A stretch of DNA of 64,000 bases from positions 64,001 through 128,000 of IMG/VR virus record IMGVR_UViG_3300047312_000028, one strand, 5' to 3'. Below are positions 1 through 12,200 of the stretch, in pieces. The notes beneath the pieces are model-generated. The model did no database searches. It worked only from the letters and a program-made list of their open reading frames with translations, and was not told where the DNA came from. Each line of letters begins with the position of its first letter. The stretch's first letter is position 1. Source of the stretch: a virus. A program made the position numbers and the translations under genes.

Positions 1-9
1 GGTCTAGCA

Positions 10-17
10 TATAAATA
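10..17 (+). promoter_or_regulatory. T4-type late promoter TATAAATA
   Basis: Exact T4 gp55 consensus just upstream of the gp25 start; gp55 is encoded in the window. Confidence 0.8.
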
Positions 18-22
18 GAACC

Positions 23-412
23 ATGGCTACACCAACGATCTATCAAGACTTTCTCTTAGACTTTACGATACACCCTATCCGCAAGGATTTGGTGCTCACG
101 ACTAATGAGGATTCGGTCATTCGATCAATCATGAACTTACTCCGAACGAATCACTATGAAGTGCCGTTCCATCCTGAAGTCGGATGTAACATTCGTAAAC
201 TCTTGTTTGAAAATATCTCTGACTTCACGGCGCGTGATATTTCACGTTTCATTCAAGAAACGATTGAGAACTTTGAACCTCGTGCTACGATCCAATCATT
301 GGTCGTGGTACCTAACGAAGATTTGAACGCTTACAATATCAAGTTACGAGTCTTCATTAACACATTTGCCAATCCATTATCTGTAGATTTCTTATTAGAG
401 AGGGTCCGCTAA
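23..412 (+). CDS. gp25: Baseplate wedge subunit, gp25-like
   Basis: SIMNLLRT...PFHPEVGCNIRKLLFE...IENFEPR motifs; directly upstream of gp6. Confidence 0.9.
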   Translation: MATPTIYQDFLLDFTIHPIRKDLVLTTNEDSVIRSIMNLLRTNHYEVPFHPEVGCNIRKLLFENISDFTARDISRFIQETIENFEPRATIQSLVVVPNEDLNAYNIKLRVFINTFANPLSVDFLLERVR

Positions 413-2451
413 TGTCTGAGAAATTAGTTATCAGCGATTTAGAGTTTGAAACGATCAAGACCAATCTCAAGGCCTTCCTTCAGTCTCAAACCACCTTTCT
501 TGATTACAACTTTGAAGGGTCTGCCCTTGCCACGCTTATCAATTTGTTGGCGTATAACACATACTATAATGCGTATTACATGAACATGGTCGCCAACGAA
601 CTGTTCATTGATAGTGCGCAGGTCCGCAACTCGCTCCTATCTCATGCGAAATCGTTGAACTATACACCTGTTAGCCGTCGCGCTCCTACCGCTATCGTTA
701 ATATTCTCGTGACTCCTCCAGGTGGTAACAGTCAAGCGGTACTCACGTTAGATCGTTTCACTGAGTTCCAGTCACAAGCGATTGACGGAATCAACTACAC
801 CTTTGTCACCACAGGTGCACAGTCACGATTCAAAGAGAACGGTGCGTTCCCATTTGAAGACATTGAAATCAAAGCAGGTACCCCGCAAGTCGCTACGTTC
901 ACGTATGATGCGAACGCGCACCCGGTACCAAGATTTGAGTTGCCTAACGACGATATTGATACGAGTACGTTGTTGGTGACCGTGCAAGCGTCAAGCGTCA
1001 ACACGGCATCTGAAGTCTTTGCACAATCTGTAGATATCACAGATTCAGATTCTAACACCGCGGTCTACTACTTAAGCACAAGCACCAGTAATAAGTATCA
1101 ACTCACATTCGGTGATGGTGATATCTCGAAAGCATTAGCGAACGGTAATATTGTCATTGCGAGTTACTTATCTACAACAGGAGTAGACGCGAACAAAGCC
1201 AATTCGTTTGCTACGGGATCAGTCGGTGGGTTCTCGAACGTGATTATCACCCCAATCTCCTCAGCATCGGGCGGAGCAGAACGCGAAACAGATGATTCGA
1301 TCCGAGTTCGTGCACCATTAGCGTACACGTCACAGAACCGTGCTGTGACACAAAAGGATTACGAATCACTCTTGAAGTCACTCTATCCGAACATTCAGAG
1401 CATCTTTGTGTGGGGCGGTGAAGATAACATTCCCCCTGTCTACGGTAAAGTGTTCGTATCGATTGCACCAAAAGAAGGTGTCATTATCAATGATGCAGAG
1501 AAGGTCAGAATCGTATCAGAGATTATCTCTCCAATCTCAATTTTGACAATCACTCCAGAACTTGTTGATCCAGATTATGTGTATCTCAAGTTCCAGACTG
1601 CGGTTGAAGTTGACGGTAAGTTGACACTCTTGACTACACCTCAGATTGCTGAAGTGGTCAGAGCGGCCATTATCAATTACACAGATGCCACATTCAATCA
1701 GTTCGGCGCCATCTTCGTCATTTCAAAGTTTGGTCGCACTATCGATGATTCATTGTCAGCGATCTTGGGATCCGATACGACCTTGCGATTAGAGAAACGA
1801 TTCGATCCAGTCTTCAATGTCAGCACCACTTACACGGTCAGCTTTGCAACTGAATTGCGACATGCACCTATTCAGAGTGCGTTGAAGTCAACAGCATTCA
1901 CGGTGATTGATGGCACAGGCGTTTCACGCACCGCGTATATTGAAGAGGTGTTCAATTCATCGACTGGTGTTGATTCAATCAATATCACGAATCCTGGATT
2001 TAATTATACTGAAGCGCCAACCGTCACGATCACAGGCGACGGTACAGGTGCCACCGCAATCGCTACAATAGTCAATGGTCGTATCGAATCAATCGATATG
2101 GTGAAGCGCGGTACAGGATACACGTCTGCATTAGTCACGATCACTGGTGGTAATGGTCAAGCTGGTGAAGCATCTGCCGTGGTGCAATCGAAGTTCGGTA
2201 CATTGAGACTATTCTATTACAACAGCAACTCAGAAAAGGTAGACATTAACGCAGCAATTGGTACCATTGATTACTTCAAAGGTGAATTGATTATTTCAGA
2301 TTTGACGGTGGTCTCTTCATTGACGGATACTGAAGATGTAAGAATCAGCGTCGAGCCAGAAGCATCGATCATCGAAACCCAACAAAATCAATTGTTGATT
2401 CTTGATTCAAATGATGCCAGCGCAATCAACATTTCTGTAGTCGTTCGATAA
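412..2451 (+). CDS. gp6: Baseplate wedge subunit gp6
   Basis: LEFETIKTNLKAFL..DYNFEGS, FGDG, SQNRAVTQKDY, WGGEDN.PP.YGKVF motifs. Confidence 0.93.
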   Translation: MSEKLVISDLEFETIKTNLKAFLQSQTTFLDYNFEGSALATLINLLAYNTYYNAYYMNMVANELFIDSAQVRNSLLSHAKSLNYTPVSRRAPTAIVNILVTPPGGNSQAVLTLDRFTEFQSQAIDGINYTFVTTGAQSRFKENGAFPFEDIEIKAGTPQVATFTYDANAHPVPRFELPNDDIDTSTLLVTVQASSVNTASEVFAQSVDITDSDSNTAVYYLSTSTSNKYQLTFGDGDISKALANGNIVIASYLSTTGVDANKANSFATGSVGGFSNVIITPISSASGGAERETDDSIRVRAPLAYTSQNRAVTQKDYESLLKSLYPNIQSIFVWGGEDNIPPVYGKVFVSIAPKEGVIINDAEKVRIVSEIISPISILTITPELVDPDYVYLKFQTAVEVDGKLTLLTTPQIAEVVRAAIINYTDATFNQFGAIFVISKFGRTIDDSLSAILGSDTTLRLEKRFDPVFNVSTTYTVSFATELRHAPIQSALKSTAFTVIDGTGVSRTAYIEEVFNSSTGVDSINITNPGFNYTEAPTVTITGDGTGATAIATIVNGRIESIDMVKRGTGYTSALVTITGGNGQAGEASAVVQSKFGTLRLFYYNSNSEKVDINAAIGTIDYFKGELIISDLTVVSSLTDTEDVRISVEPEASIIETQQNQLLILDSNDASAINISVVVR

Positions 2452-2459
2452 GGTGAACA

Positions 2460-4808
2460 ATGGCCAATACATTATCGCTGTTAGTACGACAACAACTGCC
2501 GGAATATATCCGCAGTGACTACGATACATTTGTAGAGTTTGTCGAAAGCTATTATGAATGGATGGATCAGACCGGCAACGCTATTGACTTAGGCAAGAAC
2601 ATCCCAACGTACATGGACCTGGATACCACGTTGGATGATTTCACTGAGTTCTTCACGAAGCAGTTTCTTCCGTTGTTCCCACCGGACCGCCTCAGTAACC
2701 CAACGTTCTTTATCCAGCACGCCAAAGAACTATACAGAGCAAAAGGCACCGCGAAAGCGACGAAGTTATTCTTTCGATTACTCTATGGTCAAGACATTGA
2801 TCTGTTCTTCCCAAAAGAAAGTATCCTTAGGGCATCGACCAGCGGCTGGACGAATACACCTTCACTCAGACTTGATCCCACGATGTGGACAATTCAACTT
2901 GGAGATGGAGTCACCACACGCTTCCGAGCACTTGATACCTCTCAAGGCGTGACACCTACCGTTTACTTGAACGGGGTCTTACAGGTCAGTGGATATTCAC
3001 ATTCTCCTAACCAACCGTTTATCACATTTACCTCCGCTCCTGCGTTAGGAGTTGAGATTAAGGTCACGTATAACGGACAAGACTTGATCGATCTATTCGA
3101 CACACGCACGATTATTACTCGCTTTGTGGGGCAATCGTCTGGTGCCAGTGCTATCAGCGAATCGTTACAGCAGATCATAAGCGAGAACATCACACAATTA
3201 GACTTAGGTGTATCGTCTTCCCGTGGTACATACACCCAGTTTGAAGTGGTCAAAGGTCGTTGGGTCTATGATATCGACACGCATGAATACTTGGATATTT
3301 ACGGTCGATTAGTGTCATATCTTGCAGGGATTAAACTGGTAGACGGTGGATTGAGCTATAACGTTGGAGACACCGTTGTTATTACGGGTGGAAACCCCAC
3401 AAACGCCGCTACAGCGGTCGTTGAATCAGTCTTCAATGCGTTGATCTCTAATATCACGGTAATCGATGGTGGAGTAGGGTATCAGCCCGGACAAGCTTGT
3501 TACATCACCTCGACTCCAAACACCGGTCTGAACGTCTTTGTGCTCTCTGTAGACACGTCTGAAGCGATACATCCTAACTCATATCCGATCAACCAGGATG
3601 TTATCTCACTCTGGGCAAACACTGCCATGTCAGATAGTGACTTCTACTTTACACCTGGAGTGTCTGAGAACGTCAACACAGTCATGGAAATAGCATTCAC
3701 TGATTTCATTCTCGGTAAGCATCCAATTGAGCGAATCGGTCCTATCTCAACAGTCACGATCACAGCAAGCACCCAGGTATTCAATCCACCACCAACACTA
3801 GCGATTGATCCTTTGATTGTTGTAGTCACAGGAAACACGGCGAATGGAAATGTTGCGACGGCAAACGTGCCATTGAATTACTTCGGCATCATGGGCCGCA
3901 TGAATGTGCTCTCTGGCGGCACCGGATATCAGGTGGATGATGAAGTTGGGTTTGAAAACATTCCAGGGGTTGGATTCGGTATCGGAGGAGCAGCAGAAGT
4001 CACCAGCGTTCATGCAGCGAATTCAGGAATCAAGACGGTTAATTTCAGACCTTACCGTGTTTCAGGAAACGTGACAGTCAATACTTCGGTCTCCAATGTA
4101 GAAGTGATTGGTGTAGGTACAGAATTCACCACAGACTTGAGCGTGAACAATCATATCGAAATTAACAGCGAATCAACCTATGTACAAACTATCACGAACA
4201 ACTTTCACTTGATTGTGAATACCGCGTTTACTCGTTCTTCAACATCACGAAAGCTCGGTCGTTATGGGAAGTATTTTGTCGGTGGTATGAACTATCGCGC
4301 GGATGCAATGCCAACCGTGACTGTTTCATCTGGCAACCCATTTGCAGCAGATGCACATATCATTGTTGAATTGATTCTTCCTAGTGGGGCTGAGTTTGAA
4401 CTTGACTCACAGACAGCAGAACCAGTAGGCAAGATCCGAACGATCAGAATTACAAATCATGGATACGGGTATCAGACTCCACCAATCATCGACTTGAGCG
4501 GTAGTGGTAACGGTAAAGCGAATGCACTAGCGATCATGTTGAGCAACATCTTTCAGGCACCTGGACGATTCCAGACCACTGAGGGATTCTTAAGTTCAGA
4601 TCGTAAGTTACAGAATGATGGGTACTACACAACATTCTCCTATGTGGTACGCTCTCAGACCGCACTTGATAAGTATAAGACGATCTTAAAAGACCTCGTG
4701 CACCCAGCAGGTGTGAAGTTGTGGGGAGAATACGTGGTGGACTCAGAAATCGCAGCAGGAAGTAGTCTATCCGCGAATATCGCCAACACATATAGCACCA
4801 CCTCCTAA
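2460..4808 (+). CDS. Baseplate wedge initiator, gp7-like
   Basis: N-terminal QQLPEYIR..Y..FVEFVESYYEW, YRAKGT; C-terminal LQNDGYYTTFSYVVRS...LVHPAG; lies between gp6 and gp8. Confidence 0.75.
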   Translation: MANTLSLLVRQQLPEYIRSDYDTFVEFVESYYEWMDQTGNAIDLGKNIPTYMDLDTTLDDFTEFFTKQFLPLFPPDRLSNPTFFIQHAKELYRAKGTAKATKLFFRLLYGQDIDLFFPKESILRASTSGWTNTPSLRLDPTMWTIQLGDGVTTRFRALDTSQGVTPTVYLNGVLQVSGYSHSPNQPFITFTSAPALGVEIKVTYNGQDLIDLFDTRTIITRFVGQSSGASAISESLQQIISENITQLDLGVSSSRGTYTQFEVVKGRWVYDIDTHEYLDIYGRLVSYLAGIKLVDGGLSYNVGDTVVITGGNPTNAATAVVESVFNALISNITVIDGGVGYQPGQACYITSTPNTGLNVFVLSVDTSEAIHPNSYPINQDVISLWANTAMSDSDFYFTPGVSENVNTVMEIAFTDFILGKHPIERIGPISTVTITASTQVFNPPPTLAIDPLIVVVTGNTANGNVATANVPLNYFGIMGRMNVLSGGTGYQVDDEVGFENIPGVGFGIGGAAEVTSVHAANSGIKTVNFRPYRVSGNVTVNTSVSNVEVIGVGTEFTTDLSVNNHIEINSESTYVQTITNNFHLIVNTAFTRSSTSRKLGRYGKYFVGGMNYRADAMPTVTVSSGNPFAADAHIIVELILPSGAEFELDSQTAEPVGKIRTIRITNHGYGYQTPPIIDLSGSGNGKANALAIMLSNIFQAPGRFQTTEGFLSSDRKLQNDGYYTTFSYVVRSQTALDKYKTILKDLVHPAGVKLWGEYVVDSEIAAGSSLSANIANTYSTTS

Positions 4809-4813
4809 TCACG

Positions 4814-4821
4814 CATAAATA
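4814..4821 (+). promoter_or_regulatory. Late promoter CATAAATA
   Basis: Variant of TATAAATA recurring in intergenic gaps; upstream of gp8. Confidence 0.75.
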
Positions 4822-4851
4822 GACTGTCTGTGCTTTCACTAAGGGAATTCT

Positions 4852-6189
4852 ATGGCGAACTTTGCAAATGTCTCCCGTCGCTTAGGGTACGAGAGGGCGT
4901 TTACCTTCCTCAATAGCTTCATCACTTCATCGAACGATGCTGTGGTAGGCTATGTTATGTTGGGTCGTAATATCGCCTGGGATGCAAACGATGCTCCTCC
5001 CGCGATCTATGACACTGAAAACACCATATTCGATACCTATGACAATTTCATTGGCGGCAAGAAGATCACTGGAAACGACGTGTACCTTGTGGTGCCCCGT
5101 GTCAACTGGGAAGCTAACGTAGTCTGGACCCAATATGATGACGCAAGCAATGCGCAGTTCTCTTCTGCTAATTCCATGTATGTCTATGCGTCTGGTGGCA
5201 ACGTCTATAAATGTCTAGACAACGCGAATAACTCGTTAAGTACGATTGAGCCAGCAAACAACTATACCAGTGCGAACGGATTTACCGCTCCAGGTGACGG
5301 ATATCTCTGGAAATACATGTACAAGGTGCCTAGCGGCAGCAAGTTCTTGACTTCAGCGTGGATGCCCGTGCCATCGACTCAGAGTGAAGCTTACTTTGGA
5401 TTCGCCAATAATATTGTCGTAGGTGCGATCTCACGATTGATCTTAACAGACGGCGGGGCTGGGTACTCAAATACAAATACTGTTATTCAGATTACAGGTT
5501 CTGGTCAATCCGGTAATGCAACAGCGAACGTGAACGCCAACGGTAATGTCATTGCGGTGACTCTGAACAACAAAGGCGTCGATTACCTACGTGATAATGT
5601 CAGGGTTATCGTGGTAGGATCAGGGGCAAACGCGACTATCCGTACAGTTTTATCACCATATGGTGGTCATGGATTCAATCCAGCACGAGAATTGGGATCC
5701 AACACAGTCATGATCTCAGTCAAAGTTGGAGAGGTTGATTCTACTGAAGGGGATAAGATTACATCGAATAATGAGTTCCGACAGATCGGATTGCTCCTAC
5801 GCCCGCATAAATACGGAGAGGACACTGCGGTTGCTTCAGCAAATGCAAATATCGCCGTCACTATGATGACGCAGATTATTCTTACATCGGGTCCTTCGTA
5901 TCTCAATGATGAATTAGTTTATCAGGGTAATAGTTTCGCTAACTCAACATTCTCCGCTAACGTTGCAGATGTTTTCACGAACGCAGTGCGCACGACAAAC
6001 AGACGCGGCACTCCGATCCCAGGAGACTTGTTGATTGGCCAAACGTCTGGAATTTCTCGTACAGTAGTCGCATACGACAATCCGGACCTCGATGAAGAGT
6101 CTGGTGATTTAGTATACAGTGAGAATCGGGTAGCCGTTCAGCGATCAGACGGACAAGCTGAATGGGTCAAGATCGTGTTAAATTTCTAA
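4852..6189 (+). CDS. gp8: Baseplate wedge subunit gp8
   Basis: VPRVNW, VYKCLDN, DGYLWKYMY, GGHG..PARELG, FRQIGL motifs. Confidence 0.88.
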   Translation: MANFANVSRRLGYERAFTFLNSFITSSNDAVVGYVMLGRNIAWDANDAPPAIYDTENTIFDTYDNFIGGKKITGNDVYLVVPRVNWEANVVWTQYDDASNAQFSSANSMYVYASGGNVYKCLDNANNSLSTIEPANNYTSANGFTAPGDGYLWKYMYKVPSGSKFLTSAWMPVPSTQSEAYFGFANNIVVGAISRLILTDGGAGYSNTNTVIQITGSGQSGNATANVNANGNVIAVTLNNKGVDYLRDNVRVIVVGSGANATIRTVLSPYGGHGFNPARELGSNTVMISVKVGEVDSTEGDKITSNNEFRQIGLLLRPHKYGEDTAVASANANIAVTMMTQIILTSGPSYLNDELVYQGNSFANSTFSANVADVFTNAVRTTNRRGTPIPGDLLIGQTSGISRTVVAYDNPDLDEESGDLVYSENRVAVQRSDGQAEWVKIVLNF

Positions 6190-6197
6190 GATAAATA
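6190..6197 (+). promoter_or_regulatory. Late promoter variant GATAAATA
   Basis: ATAAATA core in a short intergenic gap upstream of a structural gene. Confidence 0.55.
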
Positions 6198-6215
6198 ATA
6201 CAAAGGTGGGAATTC

Positions 6216-9200
6216 ATGGCAATCGATTTGAACCAAAATCCATATTTTGATGACTTTGATCCAGCGAAGAATTATCACAAGATTCTTTTTCGCCCAAGCT
6301 TCGCCGTGCAGGCACGTGAACTTACGCAGGCACAGTCGATCATGCAGGATCAGATCACAAAGTTTGGAAAGAACATCTTTCAAAACGGTTCAATAGTCAC
6401 AGGAGGACAGACGGTCCTTGAAGTCACCGCCACCAAGTATGTGTGTATTGAAGCCACGGCTCCAGACGGCAGCGTAATTGATGTGGATAACTTCATTGGG
6501 AAGTTTGTGATTGACGGAGATGGGGCAGGGGTTCGTGCTTATGTCATTGCAGGTGCCGCAGCTACCATCACATCACCAACAGTTCTCATTGTCAAGTATA
6601 CTTCTGGTGCACCATTTAATCCGGCAACCTTGCTACCTATCTCCACAGAGGATGGTACATTCTCAGCGACTCTTTTGACAAGCCTCACCGGATTTACAGA
6701 TGTAACCAGTGGGTTGATCCTCGGTGATGCTTCTATTTGTAGCGTCAATGAAGGTGTATTCTTCATCGATGGTTACTTCGTATCTGTGGCAGCACAGACA
6801 GTCATTCTTGACGCATTCGGTAATACCCCAACCTTCAGAGTCGGTCTCGAATCTGAAGATTCTATTGTTGACGCGACTGAGGACGCAAGTCTTTTGGATC
6901 CTGCACAAGATGCCACAAACTTCCAGGCACCTGGCGCAGACCGATTCAAAAAGTCTCTAACATTTGTTAAGCGATTACTTACATCTACCGATGATAGCAA
7001 ATTCATCGAATTGCTCCGTGTGGTCAATGGTGGATTAACCAAACAGGTCACCTATCCAACTTATTCAGTGTTGGAAGATACATTAGCGCGTAGAACCAAC
7101 GATCAATCTGGATCGTTCACAGTTCGACCATTCAAGCTTGCGCTTACTGCCCATGACACATTTGCCAATGCGTACAATGTCATTGTTGAGCCTGGTAAAG
7201 CTTATGTATTGGGATATGAATTTGAAACCATTGCTCCATTCATTGTAAAATCTGAACGTGCGCGTGATGTAGCGAATGTACAGAACTACAATACCACCAT
7301 CGATTATCAAAACTGGCTCGAAGTCACAAACCTCGAAGGCCCAATCCCATTCAAGACGTTACAACCTGGAGTCTTACATTGCGTCGATAGTGCGAACATT
7401 GCTATAGCTAACGCGGCCGTTGCTGCTAACACGATGACGGGTACCATCCGTATTCGTGCTCTCGATTACAGCAGTGGTGCAAATAGCACGTCAATTAAAA
7501 CTGCCGTATGGCGAGCTTACATGTTCGATGCAAACGTTGGTGCGAGTCGCGTCTGTAACTGCGGAAGCACAGGGTCTTCCAACACCATGTTTGTCGCTCC
7601 TAACTTTTCTGCCGTAGCGAATGCCTACGCAGGTGTAAAGTTCACGATCACCACACACGCTGGCGTTATCGTCAATGAATCACATACGATTGGACAATAT
7701 GATGGTCCAAATAACAAAGTTACCCTTCAGGGTACTGAAACATTTGCTTTTGGTACACCAAGTATTGCAACACAATATCGCTTTGACTACGAATTCAAAG
7801 ATACAGATGCGATTGTCTACGCGAACACCTCAGTCAATCAACACCTCTTCTCAACGAAGATGGATGTGGCAGACTCTAGCCGTGAAGCATTTTTGGTCGA
7901 TCAATACCAGGGCGCCTTCTTGACTGACACGGGGTTCAATAAGTTAATTCTAAAGTTCCCATACTCAACAATTGCTAATCAATCGGTGGTGGGTGGTACG
8001 CCTATCAGAAACAGCACCTACCAAGGTCGTAAGGTATACACAGGTCAGGGATTCACTCAGAATGTGACCACAATCACCAGTGCAGCGGGTATCACGTCGA
8101 TCTTGAATGGTGCCCTCTCTGGTTCAGATGCTATCGAAAATGTTTTGGTCGTTGTCAGAAACAACACAGGATCTCCTCTTTCAAATAACCAAGTCATTAA
8201 CTTTGAGTCTGGCAACCCAAATGGTAATACCGTTTCAATCACAACGGTTAGTAACACGTCAACATGGACAATCACCGTCCCTGATATGAACAGTGCAGCC
8301 TCAGCAGACGTATATGTGAAAGTGGAATTACCATTCTCGGATGCTTTGGGTAATATTATCAAGAGTAAGACGGCGCGTATTGCGAACGTTGCAAGTGGAT
8401 TGAACTCGGGTGGTATTCAAATTCCAGATCCAACAGGATTGGTTCAGTGGTATTCTCAGGGTGGTGGAACACTTGGAGCGCAAATTACAATCTATGCTAA
8501 CTCTGCCGCATGGTTGAACCTCAAAGATCCAACTAAAGTCACATCACTTTACACATCGGATGTTATTGCTCTTCGTAAGGTTATCGACGTGGGCACGAAT
8601 GTTATTGAAGATGGTAACGTAGCTATTGCCACAGATATCACAAGTCGTTATACACTTGATAGTGGTCAACGAGACAACTCTTACGATCACGGTAGCATAG
8701 TCTTGAAGCCAACATCACAAGGCCCAACAGGCAACGTAGTTATTTACGTAGACTACCTTGCGCACTCTGGATTGGGATATTTGACAGTCGATTCTTATAC
8801 ATCTGCCAATATCGCCTATGCCAACACACCAACTTATACATCCGTTACAACAGGTATCACATACGTCCTTCGTGATTGTATCGATTTCCGTCCTCGCCGA
8901 CAGGATGCAGACTTCGTAGGCGCGTTTGATGAAGAATTATTTGGTATCTCCGGACAAGCGTTTGATACAGACTTCTCCTACTACTTGTCTCGTGTTGATA
9001 AGGTTGTATTGACAAAGGATCGTACCTTTGAAGTGTTACAGGGTATATCAAATCTATTCCCTGTGCCACCAAAAGACAAAGACAATGCGATGACGCTATA
9101 CTCCCTCTACTTGCCTGCGTACACTGCCAACACATCGGAAATTCGTCAAACCTATGTGGATAACCGTCGCTACACGATGCGCGACATTGGCACACTTGAA

Positions 9201-12200
9201 AAGCGTATCACGAACCTTGAATACTACACATCTTTGAACTTGTTAGAACAAGCGGCGAAGAATCAAGAAATCACAGATGACACAGGTGCCAACAGATTCA
9301 AGAATGGTATCTTGGTTGATCCATTCACTGGTCATTCTATTGGTGATGTGCTCAATCCAGATTATCATTGTTCAATGGATCCACAGAACACAGAATTACG
9401 TCCTCCGTTCCTCATTGAAAACTTGGCGTTGGAACTTAACACCACCAATTCATCGAACTTTGGACGCACCGGTGCGATGCTTTCGTTACCTTACACTATC
9501 GCAACATTTGTGGATCAACCATACGCTGCATTGGCGATCAACGTCAATCCATTCAATACCGTGCAATTCATTGGTACGATCTCACTTGATCCATCCTCAG
9601 ATACATGGGTAGACACGAATCGCGTACCAGATGTAACCGTCAACCTCCAGGGTGACAATGATGCCTGGGAAGCTCTCGGAAAAGCCGTCAACCAAAACTT
9701 GGCAGGTACCGGAGCCTTTGGAACACAATGGAATTCATGGCAGACCTCATGGACAGGTATATCCAAAACACAGTACAACTACATTGTACCTGGTGCTCCT
9801 GGATTTGAGGAAGGTGCACTCCCATTGGTTCAGCGTACTACAACCAAGACCACACAGCAACAGGTTCGCACGGGTATCCAAAGTGCCTTTGCACCTGAAA
9901 CCATCACAGCATCTATTGGTGATAAGATCATCGATCAATCTGTTATTGCCAAGATGCGCTCCAAGGGAGTTGTATTTGTTGGTAAGATGTTTGCGCCAAA
10001 CACAAATCTCTATGCTTTCTTCGATGGTACTGCGGTCACAAGCTACTGTAACCGAACTAACATCGTCAAGGTGGCTTCTAGTGTTGTGCAATATAAAGAC
10101 ACCTATCAGGAAGGTGAAACAGTACGAGTCTGGGATCCAGCTAGAAACCAGAACACAGGTGGCGGTGTAGTTATATTGAGTCGCAATGAATCAGACCATA
10201 GCAATGTCAGCATCCTCAACATCACGGGTGGAGATGACAGCAATGTTGCGAATGCGTATTTCATGCACACCACCAACACAACATTCTTGATTGGAAACAC
10301 GACAGGCGCTAACTCTCAGATAGTTGGATACTACCATAACTCAGGATTTGTTACGAATCCAAATGTGTCAAGCATCCTCTTGTCGCATGACATTGCAAAC
10401 TCAAACGTGGGTGTATCGAACACAACCATTGTGGGACTTCCAATCTACTTCACAAGCGCAAATGGATTGGGACAGAGTGCAACCATTACGTCCTACAACT
10501 TCGTGACACGCAACGTGGCATTCACCCCTTCATTGTCTGTGACACCAAATACACAAACATCATACTCGATTGGTCAATTACAATCTGACTATCGTGGAGA
10601 AATCAGCGGTCTCTTTGTTATTCCTTCAACCACAGACTTGAGTTTCAGAACAGGAGAACGTCAATTCTCATTGCTCGATTCATCGTCTGGATCACTTGAA
10701 TTCTCGGCCACAAACGGATCGGTTAAGTATTTTGCCTCGGGTCTCTTACAGACTGTTGAAAATACCTTAATATCAACACGTCAACCAGGCATCCAGCGCA
10801 CCACGTTGACACAGAACCAAACTGTTGTGAGCACGAAGGTATCTGATACTCTCGTTGGGTTCGTGTGGTATGATCCTCTTGCTCAGACATTCCTAGTGGA
10901 CCAAAAGTTCCATCCATCTGGTGTCATGTTGACTGGTATTCGTTTGTTGTTCAAGACAAAGGACGATAATATCCCTCTACAAATTCAGCTTCGCCCAGTG
11001 GTCAATGGATTCCCACATTCTAGCCAGGTCATTCCTGGAACAGATACCGTGGTGAACCCAAGTGATATTATCACAGTCTCAGAAGAAGTCTTGGGTGCAA
11101 AGTATTCAGATACAAGCTCCGGAGGAAACAATCCATTTGACGATGCTTCGATGTACACCGAAATCAACTTCGGAGGACCAGTCTATTTGGCACAGGGTGC
11201 AGAATACGCTGTGATTATCATTGCCAACTCTGTGAAGTATCAGATGTACATTTCCAACATGGGTAGCAAGATCATCGGGACAAACCGATTGATTTCCAGC
11301 CAGCCATATCTTGGAGTATTCTTTAAGTCACAGAACTCCAGCACCTGGAATCCAATTCAGGAGCAAGACATGGCATTCCGATTGCTCTATGCTCAATTTG
11401 ATACTTCGGTACAAGCGAATGTTGAATTGCGTTTATCTAGCTCCAATGCGATCACTGCGAATGTGCCACTTGATACAATGTTCATAACATCTGGTAACCT
11501 CTTATTGCCAAACACAACGATTGTAGGACTCTTTGCAACTACGACCGCCGCAGGTGTAAAGGAAACCAGTAAGACATTCCAGTTGGATGAAAACGTATAC
11601 TTCGATGACATACTTGGTCGCCGTGTCGCCACATCGGATAACAACTCATTCAAATTGAGATTCTTACTTTCAACTCTCAACGTCGATGTATCTCCAGTTA
11701 TCGACATGGACCGTCTGTCACTCTTAGCGATTGAGAATAAGATCAATACATTAGGATTCGATAATACCTCTGCGGTCGTGATACAATCGAGTAACAATTG
11801 GGTGAGTGCAGCGAACTTGACACTTACTGTTTCTGGTGGCGGCGGTTCTAGTGCCAATGCGTATGTCTCAAACAACCAGATTGATAGCGTCAATAAGGTG
11901 CTTTCAAATGTGGTGATTGACATAGCAGGTAGCGATTACACCACATCACCAACAGTCGTATTGTCGGGTAACACTGCATTAACTGCAAATGTCTTAATTG
12001 TTGGAGAAGATCAACCATTCGGTGGACCAGCCGCGGCGCGTTACATCACACGTAAGGTCACCTTGGCAGACGGATTAGACGCCGGAGATTTCAGAGTTTA
12101 TTTGTCAGCCTATAAGCCATCGAACGCAAAAATCTATGTATATTATAAGATTCTCAGTGCCGATGATCCAGATTCGTTTGATAACAAGAGTTATCAGCTT